From contig OZ219747.1 in the NCBI GenBank assembly GCA_964291265.2, positions 2,368,001-2,432,000 on the forward strand: 64,000 bases of DNA. Direction: 5' to 3'. Shown piece after piece: positions 9,132-19,843 of this stretch; the first letter of the stretch is position 1, and each line of letters opens with the position of its first letter. Under the pieces are notes generated by a model. The model saw nothing but the letters and a program-made list of their open reading frames with translations. It had not been told where the DNA came from and searched no databases. The position numbers and the translations under genes were made by a program. This stretch comes from Alphaproteobacteria bacterium. GTDB lineage: Bacteria; Pseudomonadota; Alphaproteobacteria; SP197.

Positions 9132-11050
9132 GAGTCGCGCTGGAAGTGGTCACGGATGCGCCGGGCCACTGTGCGGTCGATGCCCTTGACCTTCTCGAGA
9201 TCCGCCAGGGCTGCGTCGGCCACGGCTCGGGCCGATCCGAAGTGATGCAGCAGGGCCCGCTTGCGTATCGGACCGATGCCCGGGATTTCGTCGAGCAGGG
9301 AATGGCTGATGCGGCTGGCGCGTTTCGAGCGATGGGCGCCGATGGCGAAGCGATGGGCCTCGTCGCGCAGACGCTGGATGAACCAGAGCACGGGATCGCG
9401 TTCCTCCGGCGTCAACGGGTCGCGTCCGGCAAGGAAGATGCGCTCGCGCCCAGCATGGCGGTCCGGCCCCTTGGCGACACCGGCGACGTCGACACCGGAA
9501 ATGCCGAGGCCCTCGATGACGGACAGCGCCGTCGACAGCTGTCCGGCGCCACCGTCGACGAGGACAAGATCGGGCCAGGCGGAGGAGGTGCGTTCGGGGT
9601 CCTCCTCGACGAGGCGCGAGAAGCGGCGCTCGAGAACCTCGCGCATCATCGCGTAGTCATCGCCCGCCGGGGCCGTGCGGACCGTGAACTTGCGATACTG
9701 GTTCTTCATGAATCCCTCGGCGCCGGCAACGATCATCGCGCCGACGGGCTGGGATCCCTGGGTATGGCTGTTGTCGTAGACCTCGATGCGCCGGGGCGCC
9801 GCGTCGAGGCCGAGCAGGGCGGCCAGGCTCTCGAGATGGGAGCGCTGCGTCGCACTCTCGGCAAGGCGCCGCCGCAGGGCATCCCGTGCATTCTGCAGGG
9901 CATGGTCCATCAGGGCCCGGCGGCCGCCCCGGCGCGGGACGCTGATCTCCACCCCGTGTCCCCTCCTGCCAGCAAGGGCCTCGGTCAGGAGGGCGTGATT
10001 GTCCGGCCGCATCGACACCAGGATGATGCCGGGAACTTCCTTGTTCTCGTAGAACTGCGCCAGGAAGGCCGCCATCACGCTTTCCGGAGTCCTGTTGGCG
10101 CTGCGCCCCGGCCAGTAGGCCCTGTTGCCGTAGTTGCGTCCGTGGCGGATGAAGAAGACCTGAATGCAGGTCTGCCCGCCTTCGCGGCAGAGGGCCACGA
10201 CATCGGCCGCGGCCAGCGTCGGCACGTTGATCTGCTGGTGCGCCTGGATGTGGTTGAGAGCGCGAATGCGGTCACGCAGGCCGGCCGAGCGCTCGAATTC
10301 GAGGGCTTCGGCAGAGTCCTGCATGCGCCGGGAGAGGCCGTCCTGGACCTCCCGGGTCTGGCCCTTGAGAAAGGCGCGGGCCTCTCCCGTCAGGCGTGCG
10401 TAGTCCTCGTCGTCGGCAAGCCCGACACAGGGCGCCACGCAGCGTTTGATCTGGTACTGCAGGCAGGGCCGGGTGCGGTTGTCCAGCACGTGATCACTGC
10501 AGCTTCTGAGAGGAAATGCCTTCTGCAGGGCCGTGATGGTCCGGTTGACCGCACCGGCGCTGGCAAACGGGCCGAAGTAGTCGCCCTGCCGGCGCCGGGC
10601 TCCGCGATGCTTGACGATCTGCGGCCACCGGTGGTCGCGACGCAGCAGGATGTAGGGAAAGGACTTGTCGTCACGCAGGACGACATTGTAGCGCGGCTTG
10701 AGCTTCTTGATGAGGTTGGCCTCGAGAAGCAGCGCCTCGGCTTCCGTCGCGGTGGTGACCACTTCGATGGCCGCAGTGCCGGCGACCATCCTGTGAAGAC
10801 GCGGGTCGAGGCGCCCCGGTTGCGCGTAGGTCGCAACCCTGTGCGCCAGGTTGCGCGCCTTGCCGACATAGAGGACCTCGCCTTCGGAGGAGAGCATGCG
10901 GTAGACGCCGGGCCCTTCGGGCATGGTGGCCAACGACCTCCTGACGGCCTCGGCGCCATGCCCTGCGGGGATCGCGTCCATCTGTTCGACCGCCGGTCCC
11001 TCGGTCTCTCCTGACGGTCGGATGTCCCTCGATGCCTTCGCCATCGCCAA
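9128..11050 (-). CDS. uvrC: Excinuclease ABC subunit C
   Basis: GIY-YIG (PGVYRM..LYVGKA), RIEVYDNSH, LVDGGAGQ, RDEAHRFA, HhH; exact start uncertain. Confidence 0.96.
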   Translation of the reverse strand: MAMAKASRDIRPSGETEGPAVEQMDAIPAGHGAEAVRRSLATMPEGPGVYRMLSSEGEVLYVGKARNLAHRVATYAQPGRLDPRLHRMVAGTAAIEVVTTATEAEALLLEANLIKKLKPRYNVVLRDDKSFPYILLRRDHRWPQIVKHRGARRRQGDYFGPFASAGAVNRTITALQKAFPLRSCSDHVLDNRTRPCLQYQIKRCVAPCVGLADDEDYARLTGEARAFLKGQTREVQDGLSRRMQDSAEALEFERSAGLRDRIRALNHIQAHQQINVPTLAAADVVALCREGGQTCIQVFFIRHGRNYGNRAYWPGRSANRTPESVMAAFLAQFYENKEVPGIILVSMRPDNHALLTEALAGRRGHGVEISVPRRGGRRALMDHALQNARDALRRRLAESATQRSHLESLAALLGLDAAPRRIEVYDNSHTQGSQPVGAMIVAGAEGFMKNQYRKFTVRTAPAGDDYAMMREVLERRFSRLVEEDPERTSSAWPDLVLVDGGAGQLSTALSVIEGLGISGVDVAGVAKGPDRHAGRERIFLAGRDPLTPEERDPVLWFIQRLRDEAHRFAIGAHRSKRASRISHSLLDEIPGIGPIRKRALLHHFGSARAVADAALADLEKVKGIDRTVARRIRDHFQRDS

Positions 11051-11091
11051 GCAGGGCGGGGAGCCGCGCGACCGCGGCTCCCCCAGCCATG

Positions 11092-11754
11092 TCAGTCCGA
11101 GGGCTGCGGCACGATGCGCAGGTAGGGCTTGGGCGCTTTCCAGCCTCCGGGAAATCTCTCCCTTGCCTCGTCGTCCTTGACGGCGGGGACGATGATCACG
11201 TCTTCGCCGTTCTGCCAGTTGGCCGGGGTGGCCACCTTGTGGCTGGCCGTCAGCTGGCAGGAATCGAGGAGGCGCAGGATCTCGTCGAAATTGCGTCCCG
11301 TCGACATCGGATAGCTGACCATCGCCTTGATCTGCTTGTCGGGCCCGATGACGTAGACCGTCCGCACCGTTGCGTTGTCCACCGGGGTGCGTCCCTCGGC
11401 GGTGTCACCGGCGCCGGCCGGCAGCATGTTGTAGGTCTTGGCGACGGAAAGGTCGGTGTCGGCCAGCAGCGGGTAGTTGAGTGCGTTGCCGGTGACATCC
11501 TCGATATCCTTCGACCAGCCTTCGTGATCGGCCACGCCATCGACCGAAAGGCCGATCAGCTTGGTGTTGCGCCGGTCGAACTCGGGTTTCATGCCGGCAA
11601 CGGCGCCGAGTTCGGTCGTGCAGACCGGTGTGAAGTCCTTGGGGTGGGAAAACAGGATGCACCAGGAATCACCGATGTACTCGTGGAACCTGATGCGCCC
11701 CGCCGTCGAATCCTGTTCGAAGTCAGGTGCCGTACTGCCTATCGATAGTGTCAT
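11092..11754 (-). CDS. 1-Cys peroxiredoxin (Prx6)
   Basis: LFSHPKDFTPVCTTELG, YPMSTGRNFDEILR. Confidence 0.93.
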   Translation of the reverse strand: MTLSIGSTAPDFEQDSTAGRIRFHEYIGDSWCILFSHPKDFTPVCTTELGAVAGMKPEFDRRNTKLIGLSVDGVADHEGWSKDIEDVTGNALNYPLLADTDLSVAKTYNMLPAGAGDTAEGRTPVDNATVRTVYVIGPDKQIKAMVSYPMSTGRNFDEILRLLDSCQLTASHKVATPANWQNGEDVIIVPAVKDDEARERFPGGWKAPKPYLRIVPQPSD

Positions 11755-11924
11755 GTCTTGCCATTGCTCCGTGCTGGATGATCCGGTCAGGGGACACATG
11801 CCTGGAAGAGCGGGGCCGTTCCCCGGGTCAGGGAACGTCATCCCGGCAGCCTCGCCCTTGACACTTGGGTTCCCGCGCCCGGAAGTCAACCGTCCCGGAG
11901 AGCGGCGGCAGCGGACTGCCGACG

Positions 11925-13607
11925 TCAGAACAGGCCGCGAATGCGGCCCCGCGAATCGACGCCGATGTTGTCGGCGGCAGGATGGCGCGGCAATCCGGGC
12001 ATGGTCATGACGTCGCCCGTGATGACGACGAGGAACTCGGCGCCGGCGGACACCCGGACCTCGCGCAGCGGAACTGTGAATCCCTCGGGCGCCGCTTTCA
12101 GCGCCGGATCGGTCGAAAAGCTGTACTGGGTCTTGGCCATGCACACCGGCCAGGAACCGGCCGGGGTATCGTCGAGCTCGGCGAGCCGGCGCGAGACCGC
12201 GGCAGGGACGTCGATGTCGTCGGCCCGGTAGATCTGCCGGGCGATGGTCCGGATCTTCTCTTCGAGCGGCATGTCATCGCCATAGAGCGGCCGGAAGTCG
12301 GCGGCTCCGCTCTCGGCCAGTTCCACCACGGACTCGGCGAGGTCGACGGCGCCGGCGCCGCCGTCGGCCCAGTGGGTGGCCTCGACGCAGCGCACGCCCT
12401 GGGCAGCGGTGAGGTCCAGCAGGGTCGACACCTCGGCATCGGTGTCGGCGGAGAAGCGATTGACGGAGACGACGGCCGGCACCCCGAACTTCGCCACGTT
12501 GGAGATGTGGCGCTGCAGGTTGGCAAAGCCTCGCTCGACGGCGGCGATGTCCTCCCTTGCCAGGTCCTCGCGGGCCACCCCGCCGTGCATCTTCAGCGCC
12601 CGGATGGTGGCGACGATGACCACGGCATCCGGCGACAGCCCCGCCTTGCGGCACTTGATGTTGAAGAACTTCTCGGCTCCGAGGTCGGCGCCGAACCCGG
12701 CTTCCGTCACCACGTAGTCGGCCATGCCGAGGGCACTCGAGGTGGCGAGCACGGAGTTGCAGCCGTGGGCAATGTTGGCGAAGGGGCCGCCGTGCACGAA
12801 GGCGGGATTGTTCTCCAGGGTCTGCACGAGATTGGGCTTGATGGCATCCTTGAGGAGCGCCGCCATGGCCCCCTCCGCATTGAGATCGCGCGCCGTGACA
12901 GGTGTTCTCTGCCGCGTGTGGGCAACGACGATGTTGCCGAGCCGGCGCTTGAGATCGTCGATGTCCGTGGCAAGGCAGAATATGGCCATGACCTCGGAGG
13001 CGACGGTGATGTCGAAGCCGTCCTGGCGCGGAAACCCGTTGGCCACCCCGCCAAGCGAGTTGACGATGGATCTCAGCGCCCTGTCGTTCATGTCGACGAC
13101 GCGGCGCCATGCCACCCGGCGTTCGTCGATGCCGTGGGCGTTGCCCCAGTAGATGTGGTTGTCGACCATGGCCGCCAGGAGGTTGTTGGCGACTCCGATG
13201 GCGTGGAAGTCACCGGTGAAATGGAGGTTGATGTCCTCCATGGGCACGATCTGCGCATGGCCGCCGCCGGCCGCCCCTCCCTTGACGCCGAACGATGGAC
13301 CGAGCGACGGCTCCCTGAGGCAGATCAAAGTCCTGCGGCCGATGCGATTGAGTGCGTCGCCGAGGCCCACGGTCGTCGTCGTCTTTCCCTCGCCCGCGGG
13401 AGTCGGGGTGATGGCCGTCACGAGGACGAGACGGCCCCTCTCGCGGTTCTCCAGGCCCTTGATGTAGTCGAAGGAGAGCTTCGCCTTGTCGTGACCATAG
13501 GGCTCGAGATGTTCGGCGCCGATGCCCAAGCGGTCCCGGGCGAGCTCGATGATCGGTCTCAGTGTCGCGGCCTGGGCAATCTCGATGTCCGATGCGGGTG
13601 TCGACAT
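11925..13607 (-). CDS. fhs: Formate--tetrahydrofolate ligase
   Basis: [42 protein letters not shown]. Confidence 0.97.
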   Translation of the reverse strand: MSTPASDIEIAQAATLRPIIELARDRLGIGAEHLEPYGHDKAKLSFDYIKGLENRERGRLVLVTAITPTPAGEGKTTTTVGLGDALNRIGRRTLICLREPSLGPSFGVKGGAAGGGHAQIVPMEDINLHFTGDFHAIGVANNLLAAMVDNHIYWGNAHGIDERRVAWRRVVDMNDRALRSIVNSLGGVANGFPRQDGFDITVASEVMAIFCLATDIDDLKRRLGNIVVAHTRQRTPVTARDLNAEGAMAALLKDAIKPNLVQTLENNPAFVHGGPFANIAHGCNSVLATSSALGMADYVVTEAGFGADLGAEKFFNIKCRKAGLSPDAVVIVATIRALKMHGGVAREDLAREDIAAVERGFANLQRHISNVAKFGVPAVVSVNRFSADTDAEVSTLLDLTAAQGVRCVEATHWADGGAGAVDLAESVVELAESGAADFRPLYGDDMPLEEKIRTIARQIYRADDIDVPAAVSRRLAELDDTPAGSWPVCMAKTQYSFSTDPALKAAPEGFTVPLREVRVSAGAEFLVVITGDVMTMPGLPRHPAADNIGVDSRGRIRGLF

Positions 13608-13678
13608 GATGGAGGTTCCCTCCCGGGGCAGTGGTTCCTGATGTGCGAATGGGGTGGCGTCGGTCTTCGGCGTCGCCT

Positions 13679-14236
13679 TCAGGAGGCGTTCCGGCTCTCC
13701 CGGCCGCCGTTCTTCACGTCCGACACGCGCCAGGAGAGGCGCATTTCACCGGCGGTGTTGGCCACCGTTGCCAGGCACGCCTCCACCCGGTGGTCGGGAA
13801 TGTGGACCGCGAACCTCGTCACGTAGCGATCGCGGCCGGGTGCCGGAATGCGTTCCGAGTTCATGCGCACGATGTTGGCGCCAAAGCCGCCGAAGATCTC
13901 CGAGATGCGCAGGATGAGACCCGGAGCGTCCGGGCCGTCGAGCTCGATTCGATGGGTGATGTGCCCGGCCTCGTCATGCACCGCCCGCATGTCGAAGGTC
14001 GCCACCGTGACCCTGCCTTCGGCGACGCCGTCGAGGGTTTCGAGCTCCTGCCTGACCCTGGCCGTGGCGACCTCGTCGGGAATCTCGGCGATGCAGGTGA
14101 ACTCCGCCATGTCGCCGAGGACGGCAAAGGTCGTATCGGAGAGATTGGCGTCGAGGTCGAAGAGGCGGCCGGCCATGTCGGCCACGAGTCCGGCGCGGTC
14201 GCGGCAGATGACGGAAATCAGGCAGACGGCGGTCAT
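13679..14236 (-). CDS. Tandem ACT-domain protein (GcvR-like)
   Basis: [13 protein letters not shown]... and [16 protein letters not shown] repeats; ATGA overlap with the EF-G paralog. Confidence 0.8.
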   Translation of the reverse strand: MTAVCLISVICRDRAGLVADMAGRLFDLDANLSDTTFAVLGDMAEFTCIAEIPDEVATARVRQELETLDGVAEGRVTVATFDMRAVHDEAGHITHRIELDGPDAPGLILRISEIFGGFGANIVRMNSERIPAPGRDRYVTRFAVHIPDHRVEACLATVANTAGEMRLSWRVSDVKNGGRESRNAS

Positions 14237-16257
14237 GCGGCCTCGAGATGCTGCTTGCGGTCCTCGACGACCTGATCGGCCTCGCGACCGGTCAGTTCCT
14301 GGAGATGATCGAACGACATGTCGAAGTATCCCACGCCCTGGGTCAGTGAGCGCAGTTCGCTGACGAGCGTGAGGGTCTCGCTTTGGGGCATGTGCGCCGT
14401 GACGGTGTCCCATTCCTTCCAGCCCTCGCGGGCCTCGAAACCGAGAATCTGGCCACGCCGTCCGGTGATCAGCTGCTGCACGCGCGCCGTGGCCGAATTG
14501 GGAGCATGAACGGATACGGTCATGATCGGTTCAAGGAGCACCGGACTGCAGGAGGGCATGCCTTCGCTCATGGCCACGCGCGCCGCCAGCTTGAAGGCCA
14601 TTTCGTTGGAATCGACGTCATGGTACTTGCCGTCGAAGACCTCCACGGCGACGTCGACCACGGGAAAGCCGAGCGGACCCTGGAGCAGGTACTCCTTCAC
14701 CCCTGCCTCGACCGCGGGAATGTACTGCCTCGGGATGTTGCCGCCGGTCACCGAATTGGTGAATTCGAAACCGCTGCCCCTGGTCAGCGGACGGATATTG
14801 ATCTGAACATCGCCGAACATGCCGCTGCCGCCTGTCTGGCGCTTGAAGCGGCCGTGCTGGGTGGTCGGCTTGCGAATGGCCTCCCTGTAGGGCACCAGCG
14901 GGCGCCCGGATGTCACCTCGACCCCGTAGCGTCCGGACAGCTTCGAGAAGGCGGTCTGCAGGTGCATGTCGCCCTGGCCCCAGAGCACCAGCTGCTTGAG
15001 GTCCGGGTCCTGTTCGGGCTCGATGGACGGATCCTCCTCGTGAATGCGATGGAGTGCCGTGGCCATCTTCACCTCGTCCTCGCGGCGCGCCGCGTGGATC
15101 GCGAGGCCGTAGAGGCGGGGCGGCGTCCCGGCTCGTGGCCAGGCGGTGTCCTCGTCGGGTGCGTCGTTGCCCATGACGAGGGTATCCCCGGTGCGCGCTC
15201 CCTCGAGGCGGCCGAAGGCGACGATGTCTCCGGCCCCGGCACGGTCGATCTTGACGCTCTGGCTGCCCTGAAGGTGGTACATGCCGCCGATGCGGTTGCC
15301 GTTGACCGTGTCGCCGTCCTTCACCTCGCCACGCCAGATCCGGGCCAGTGACAACTTGCCGCCATGCTGGGTGTTGTAGGTCTTGAGCACCTGTGCGGCG
15401 AAGGGACCATCGCCGCCACGTCTTGCCGCGGCGCGGCCGGGATCGGGAACCCAGTGCCGGAGTTCCTGGAGCAGGCGGCGGACACCGTTCTCCAGTTCGG
15501 CGGAACCGAGCAGGACAGGCACCACCCGCGCCTCGGCGAAGGCCCCGCTGAGTTCGCTCACCACCTCCTCCTGGGTCGGCACTTCGTCCTCGAGAATCCG
15601 CATCATCAGGTCGTCGCTGAAATCGGCCAGGCCCTCCAGCATCAGGTTGCGCGCCTCGTCCTCGCGCTCCATGACACCGTCCGGCATCTCGATGGCTTCG
15701 GAGGCGCCGCCCTCATGGTAGCGCCACGCCGACTCGCTGATCAGGTCGACATAGCCCGTGACATGGTCGTTGTCGCGCACGGGCACCTGCGTGATCAGCA
15801 TGGGTGTCCCCGAGATGTCCTGCATGGCCGGCAGGAGTTCGCGCATCAGGGTGGTGGTGCGGTCCATCTTGTTGATGAACACGAGATGGGGAATCCGGTT
15901 GTGTTCGAGAAAGCGGAAGACCGGCGCCATGGTCGTTGTCCGTTCCACCACCGGCTCGTAGACCACCACCGCGGCGTCGGCGCCGATGAGCGCGTTGCGC
16001 GCCTCGGCCTGGAACTCGATGGAGCCGGGGCAGTCGAGAAAGTTGAAGCGAATGCCTTCGAAGGTGGCATGGCCGGCGCTCACTTCCGTGCTCATGTTCC
16101 GCTGGCGCGCCTCCGGCGCCGAATCGCCGACCGAGTTCCCGTCCTTCACGGAACCCTTGCGGCCGATGGCGCCGCAGATGTAGAGCATGGCCTCGAGGAG
16201 AGTCGTCTTTCCGCTGAGCGATGGACCGACGATGGCGATGTTCCTGATGTCTGGCAT
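14233..16257 (-). CDS. Elongation factor G paralog (EF-G2 type)
   Basis: G1 GPSLSGKTT (non-canonical), DCPG, NKMD, KRQTGGSGMFG, YHDVDS. Confidence 0.9.
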   Translation of the reverse strand: MPDIRNIAIVGPSLSGKTTLLEAMLYICGAIGRKGSVKDGNSVGDSAPEARQRNMSTEVSAGHATFEGIRFNFLDCPGSIEFQAEARNALIGADAAVVVYEPVVERTTTMAPVFRFLEHNRIPHLVFINKMDRTTTLMRELLPAMQDISGTPMLITQVPVRDNDHVTGYVDLISESAWRYHEGGASEAIEMPDGVMEREDEARNLMLEGLADFSDDLMMRILEDEVPTQEEVVSELSGAFAEARVVPVLLGSAELENGVRRLLQELRHWVPDPGRAAARRGGDGPFAAQVLKTYNTQHGGKLSLARIWRGEVKDGDTVNGNRIGGMYHLQGSQSVKIDRAGAGDIVAFGRLEGARTGDTLVMGNDAPDEDTAWPRAGTPPRLYGLAIHAARREDEVKMATALHRIHEEDPSIEPEQDPDLKQLVLWGQGDMHLQTAFSKLSGRYGVEVTSGRPLVPYREAIRKPTTQHGRFKRQTGGSGMFGDVQINIRPLTRGSGFEFTNSVTGGNIPRQYIPAVEAGVKEYLLQGPLGFPVVDVAVEVFDGKYHDVDSNEMAFKLAARVAMSEGMPSCSPVLLEPIMTVSVHAPNSATARVQQLITGRRGQILGFEAREGWKEWDTVTAHMPQSETLTLVSELRSLTQGVGYFDMSFDHLQELTGREADQVVEDRKQHLEAA

Positions 16258-16332
16258 GATTGTCTCACAAGCTGCGCGTCTGCCACCGTGTCAACCTAGT
16301 GCGACGCGCCGGGCCCTGCAACGTCCACCGGC

Positions 16333-17052
16333 ATGACGACGAGGCACCGCCCCTCTCCCAATGTCAATGATCGGCGGGCGGAAGTCTGCATGCTCGTCCT
16401 CCACTACACCGGAATGCGGGATGCCGCCGCGGCCCTGCAGCGCCTGGTCGATCCGGCGTCCGGAGTCAGTGCCCACTGGCTTGTCGACGAGGATGGTGCG
16501 GTCACCTCGCTGGTTCCGGAAGCGCGGCGCGCCTGGCACGCCGGTGTCGCGTGCTGGCAGGGGGTTCACGACATCAACAGTGCCTCGGTGGGCATCGAGA
16601 TCGTCAATCCCGGCCACGACGGAGGACTGCCGCCGTTTCCCGGACGGCAGATGGAGGCTGTGGCGGCGCTCTGCCGCGATGTCCTGGCTCGCCATGGCAT
16701 CCGCCAGCGCCATGTCCTGGGACACAGCGATGTCGCACCGCAGCGCAAGCAGGACCCCGGAGAACTCTTCGACTGGCGCTGGCTCGCGAGCCGGGGCGTC
16801 GGGCTGTGGCCGCCGCCCCGGCCCCCTGCCGCGACATGCCTGAGCGAGGGAGACAGGGGGTGCGCCGTCGTGCGCCTGCAGGACCATCTGGCGGGTTTCG
16901 GATACGCCGTCGCGCCGGACGGCTTCTACGGCCCCGTGACGGCTGCCGTCGTCACCGCCTTCCAGCGCCACTTTCGACCGGCGCGGGTCGACGGCGTGGC
17001 GGATGGCGAGACCGCGGCCCGTCTCGTGGCCCTGGTTGACGCGGCACATTGA
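16333..17052 (+). CDS. N-acetylmuramoyl-L-alanine amidase (AmpD/AmiD type) with a PG-binding domain
   Basis: LHYTG, SAHWL, RAWHAG, SVGIEIVNPG, GHSDVAPQRKQDPG, DGFYGP..AFQRHF. Confidence 0.92.
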   Translation: MTTRHRPSPNVNDRRAEVCMLVLHYTGMRDAAAALQRLVDPASGVSAHWLVDEDGAVTSLVPEARRAWHAGVACWQGVHDINSASVGIEIVNPGHDGGLPPFPGRQMEAVAALCRDVLARHGIRQRHVLGHSDVAPQRKQDPGELFDWRWLASRGVGLWPPPRPPAATCLSEGDRGCAVVRLQDHLAGFGYAVAPDGFYGPVTAAVVTAFQRHFRPARVDGVADGETAARLVALVDAAH

Positions 17053-17086
17053 CTAAGCTGGTGGTGCCACGCTATCCCTTCCCACC

Positions 17087-17489
17087 GGGAATCAGACGGA
17101 CGGATGGCCGCTCTTCCCCCATCGGGAAGGGAGGAAAGTCCGGGCTCCACGGAAACATGGCGCCGGGTAACGCCCGGCGGGGGTGACCCCAGGGACAGTG
17201 CCACAGAAAGTAGACCGCCTCCGGCCGCAGGGCCGACGGCAAGGGTGAAAGGGTGCGGCAAGAGCGCACCGCGGCTGCGGCAACGCAGACGGCATGGCAA
17301 ACCCCGCCAGGAGCAAGATCGAGTAGGGGCGGCACGTGGTTCCACGAGGCCCGTTTCCGGACCCCGCCGCCCGGGTTGATCGCGCGAGGCGCGCGGTGAC
17401 GCGCGTCCCAGATGAATGGCCATCGGCCGCCCTCGGAACCTTCAAGGGGGGCGGATCACAGAACCCGGCTTACAGTCCGCCTGATTCCC
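17087..17489 (+). ncRNA. rnpB: RNase P RNA, class A
   Basis: GAGGAAAGTCCGGGCTCC, AGTGCCACAGAAA, GGCAAACCCC, ACAGAACCCGGCTTA signatures; 5'/3' P1 pairing GGGAATCAG/CTGATTCCC. Confidence 0.96.
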
Positions 17490-17702
17490 GCCGCCGCCCC
17501 TGGCGATGACATGGCCGGGGGCGAATCCCAACTCTCAGGCAGAGGAATTTTATCCACCGGCCAGGTCGACAACACCGTGAAGAGCCCGATAGTAGGCGAA
17601 CACGCTACAAGATGATGTCACATCCTGGAATGTTACCCCCAGCATATTGGGAATTGCTGGTGCCAAGGCGGGCTGCTCAAGACATTGAAATTTCGTAACT
17701 AC

Positions 17703-19181
17703 TCACCCCTTGTTAGGGTCTGGTTGTCCGTAGTGCTGGTTGAGGATGTCTACGGCCTTTCCGTCGAGGGCGATGTGGATGGCGACGTGAGGGTTGTAGC
17801 CGAGTGCGTCCATGGTGGTGAGGTAGCTTGAGCCGCGGCACCATGCTTTGGCGTGGGGCATGGTACGGAAACATCCGGACACCTTGATCTTGACCTTTGT
17901 CATCCTGATCTTCTGCTCTCCGGTATTATTTGTGAAACTGACATTGGGGTCCTTCATGAAGCGCAGGACGGACTTCTCGTGTTTCACGAGACGTTCATGC
18001 AGGTTGTGCGCGTCGGACTTTGCGATGCGTCCCCGTTTTCCTTTCGTCCGTGGCGGGATGTCGGGCAGTTCCCTGGCGCCCTGGGTGAGGATGGTGCGGT
18101 AGCGCTTGCGCACGGCCCGGCGGTCGGCCTCGTTCAAGGTCTTGGATGCGCTCTTGTTGACCCTGCGGGAGACCTCGCGCAGCAGGCTTTTCATCAGTCG
18201 CGCCCAGCGGTAGCCGTTGGACTCGACGACGAAGGTCAGTTCGCGCAGGAGATGGCTGCCGCACAGTTGGTGGCGGCATTGATCGTAGCCCATGTAGGCA
18301 GCCCAGCAGTCGTGGATCAGGACGCCCTTGTAGCGCGGGATGATGCCGATCTCTTCGATCGCCTCCCGGCCGCGCTTGGGGTGCGGGAACTTGCACGTCA
18401 GGGTGCCGTCGGTGACGACATGGAGCCATTGGGTCTTGCCGGCGACCCGGAAGCCGGTCTCGTCGACATGCAGGGCCGGTTGTTGCAGGAGATGGGCCAC
18501 GGCGGCCTCCTCCCATGATGCGAGGGCATCGTGAAAGCGCCGGACATAGCCGAGGCAGGTCGCCTCGGAGAGCTTGATGCCGGAGATCGCGTGCACGAGC
18601 GAGACGGCACGACGCAGGGACAGCATCTGGGCGATCAGCAGGTTGATGACGAGGGCCTGGATGCTGACGCCATACTGCAGGGGGCCCGGCATGTTGTCTG
18701 GGAACCGGCCCTTGGTCCGGGTCCGGCACTTCGGGCATTCCTTGATCTCGGCTTCGACGCGGCGCTCGACGACTTCGAACACGATGTCGTAGAGGACGCG
18801 GCACTCCCGGTCGACGGGGTCGACATCGTGGAGGTCGGCGCCGCAGGCGTCGCAGGCATCGACGACGATCGTCTCCTCGACGGTGGTCGTGCGCAGGTTG
18901 TCGCCCGTCTGCTGGTTCGGTTTCGGGCCCTTGCCGTGGCTCCCGGTGCGCCTCGCGCTCTCGTCCTTGTCAGTCTGCGATGGCGGCAGACCGGAGTTCC
19001 GGCTTGTCTTGCGTGTGATCTTCTCCATGAGCACGGTCAGCAACAGCTTTATCAGCATCAGCATGCCGCGGAAGAGCTCCTCGCACTCCTGGTTGACCTT
19101 GCCCTGCTTGCGGAGATCCTGGAACTGCTTCTGGAAGACGTCGGCCTCCTGGCGCACAGACGTGCCGTTCACGCTCGCCAT
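17703..19181 (-). CDS. IS66-family DDE transposase (TnpC-like)
   Basis: NSGLPPSQ, CxxC zinc finger, LHVDETG, LIHDCW, HQLCGSHLLREL, FTNNTGEQKIR; stop codon lies inside the terminal IR. Confidence 0.93.
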   Translation of the reverse strand: MASVNGTSVRQEADVFQKQFQDLRKQGKVNQECEELFRGMLMLIKLLLTVLMEKITRKTSRNSGLPPSQTDKDESARRTGSHGKGPKPNQQTGDNLRTTTVEETIVVDACDACGADLHDVDPVDRECRVLYDIVFEVVERRVEAEIKECPKCRTRTKGRFPDNMPGPLQYGVSIQALVINLLIAQMLSLRRAVSLVHAISGIKLSEATCLGYVRRFHDALASWEEAAVAHLLQQPALHVDETGFRVAGKTQWLHVVTDGTLTCKFPHPKRGREAIEEIGIIPRYKGVLIHDCWAAYMGYDQCRHQLCGSHLLRELTFVVESNGYRWARLMKSLLREVSRRVNKSASKTLNEADRRAVRKRYRTILTQGARELPDIPPRTKGKRGRIAKSDAHNLHERLVKHEKSVLRFMKDPNVSFTNNTGEQKIRMTKVKIKVSGCFRTMPHAKAWCRGSSYLTTMDALGYNPHVAIHIALDGKAVDILNQHYGQPDPNKG

Positions 19182-19843
19182 GACGACGCCTCCACCGCCA
19201 TGACAGCCGCCAGCACGGCGAGCCGCTCGCCTTCGGGCATCGTCCGGTAGCGCCGCGCCCAGCTCTCTGCGAGGCGCTTGATGCGCTGGCGGTCGATCGA
19301 GTTCCTGCCCGCACACGTATGCCAGTGCGGCCGGCCCGGTGCGAAGTTGAACCACAGCTTCTCGGTGACAACGCAGGCCTGGTTGTTGACCTGGACCTCG
19401 GCCGAGCGCCAGCCGGCGAGGTGCGTGTCGTAGAGCCGCGAGGGATAGCCGGAGATCATCACCTGGCAGGGCAGCGACGTCAGGATGTCGAGGAGCGCAA
19501 CATGGTCATCGTCCGTGCAGTCGAAGCGGTAGCGGCGCTGCGACCGGCGCGTCGACTGCACGTAAGGCGGGTCGCAGTAGACCAGCTCGCGGCCCTGGAA
19601 GGCGAAGGTCTCGAGAAAACGCAGGGCGCAGCCTTGGTGAAGCTCCACCGGATAGTCACAGCGGAAGGTGTCGATCGCCCGTCGGTTGAGGTCGATGCCG
19701 ATGCTGCGTAGCGCCGGAGGCTTGCGCTTCATGATCGCGCCGCCCCCAAGGAACGCCTCGATGTACACGTCATGCGGCGGCATGGCCGCGACGATCGCCT
19801 GGCTCAGACCCGTCGTCGCCTTCGATCCGTACCATGCCGCCAT
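19169..19843 (-). CDS. Dam-like (D12 class) N6-adenine DNA methyltransferase, IS passenger
   Basis: YGSK, motif I YIEAFLGGGAI, motif IV YCDPPY, MISGY; 13-bp overlap with the transposase start. Confidence 0.85.
   Translation of the reverse strand: MAAWYGSKATTGLSQAIVAAMPPHDVYIEAFLGGGAIMKRKPPALRSIGIDLNRRAIDTFRCDYPVELHQGCALRFLETFAFQGRELVYCDPPYVQSTRRSQRRYRFDCTDDDHVALLDILTSLPCQVMISGYPSRLYDTHLAGWRSAEVQVNNQACVVTEKLWFNFAPGRPHWHTCAGRNSIDRQRIKRLAESWARRYRTMPEGERLAVLAAVMAVEASSWRA

Noticed and set aside
17703-19355. Transposase ORF extended to 19355, suggesting an MTase-transposase fusion
   Set aside because: The extension is a different frame inside the MTase. ATG 19181 gives a typical start and no slippery site was seen.
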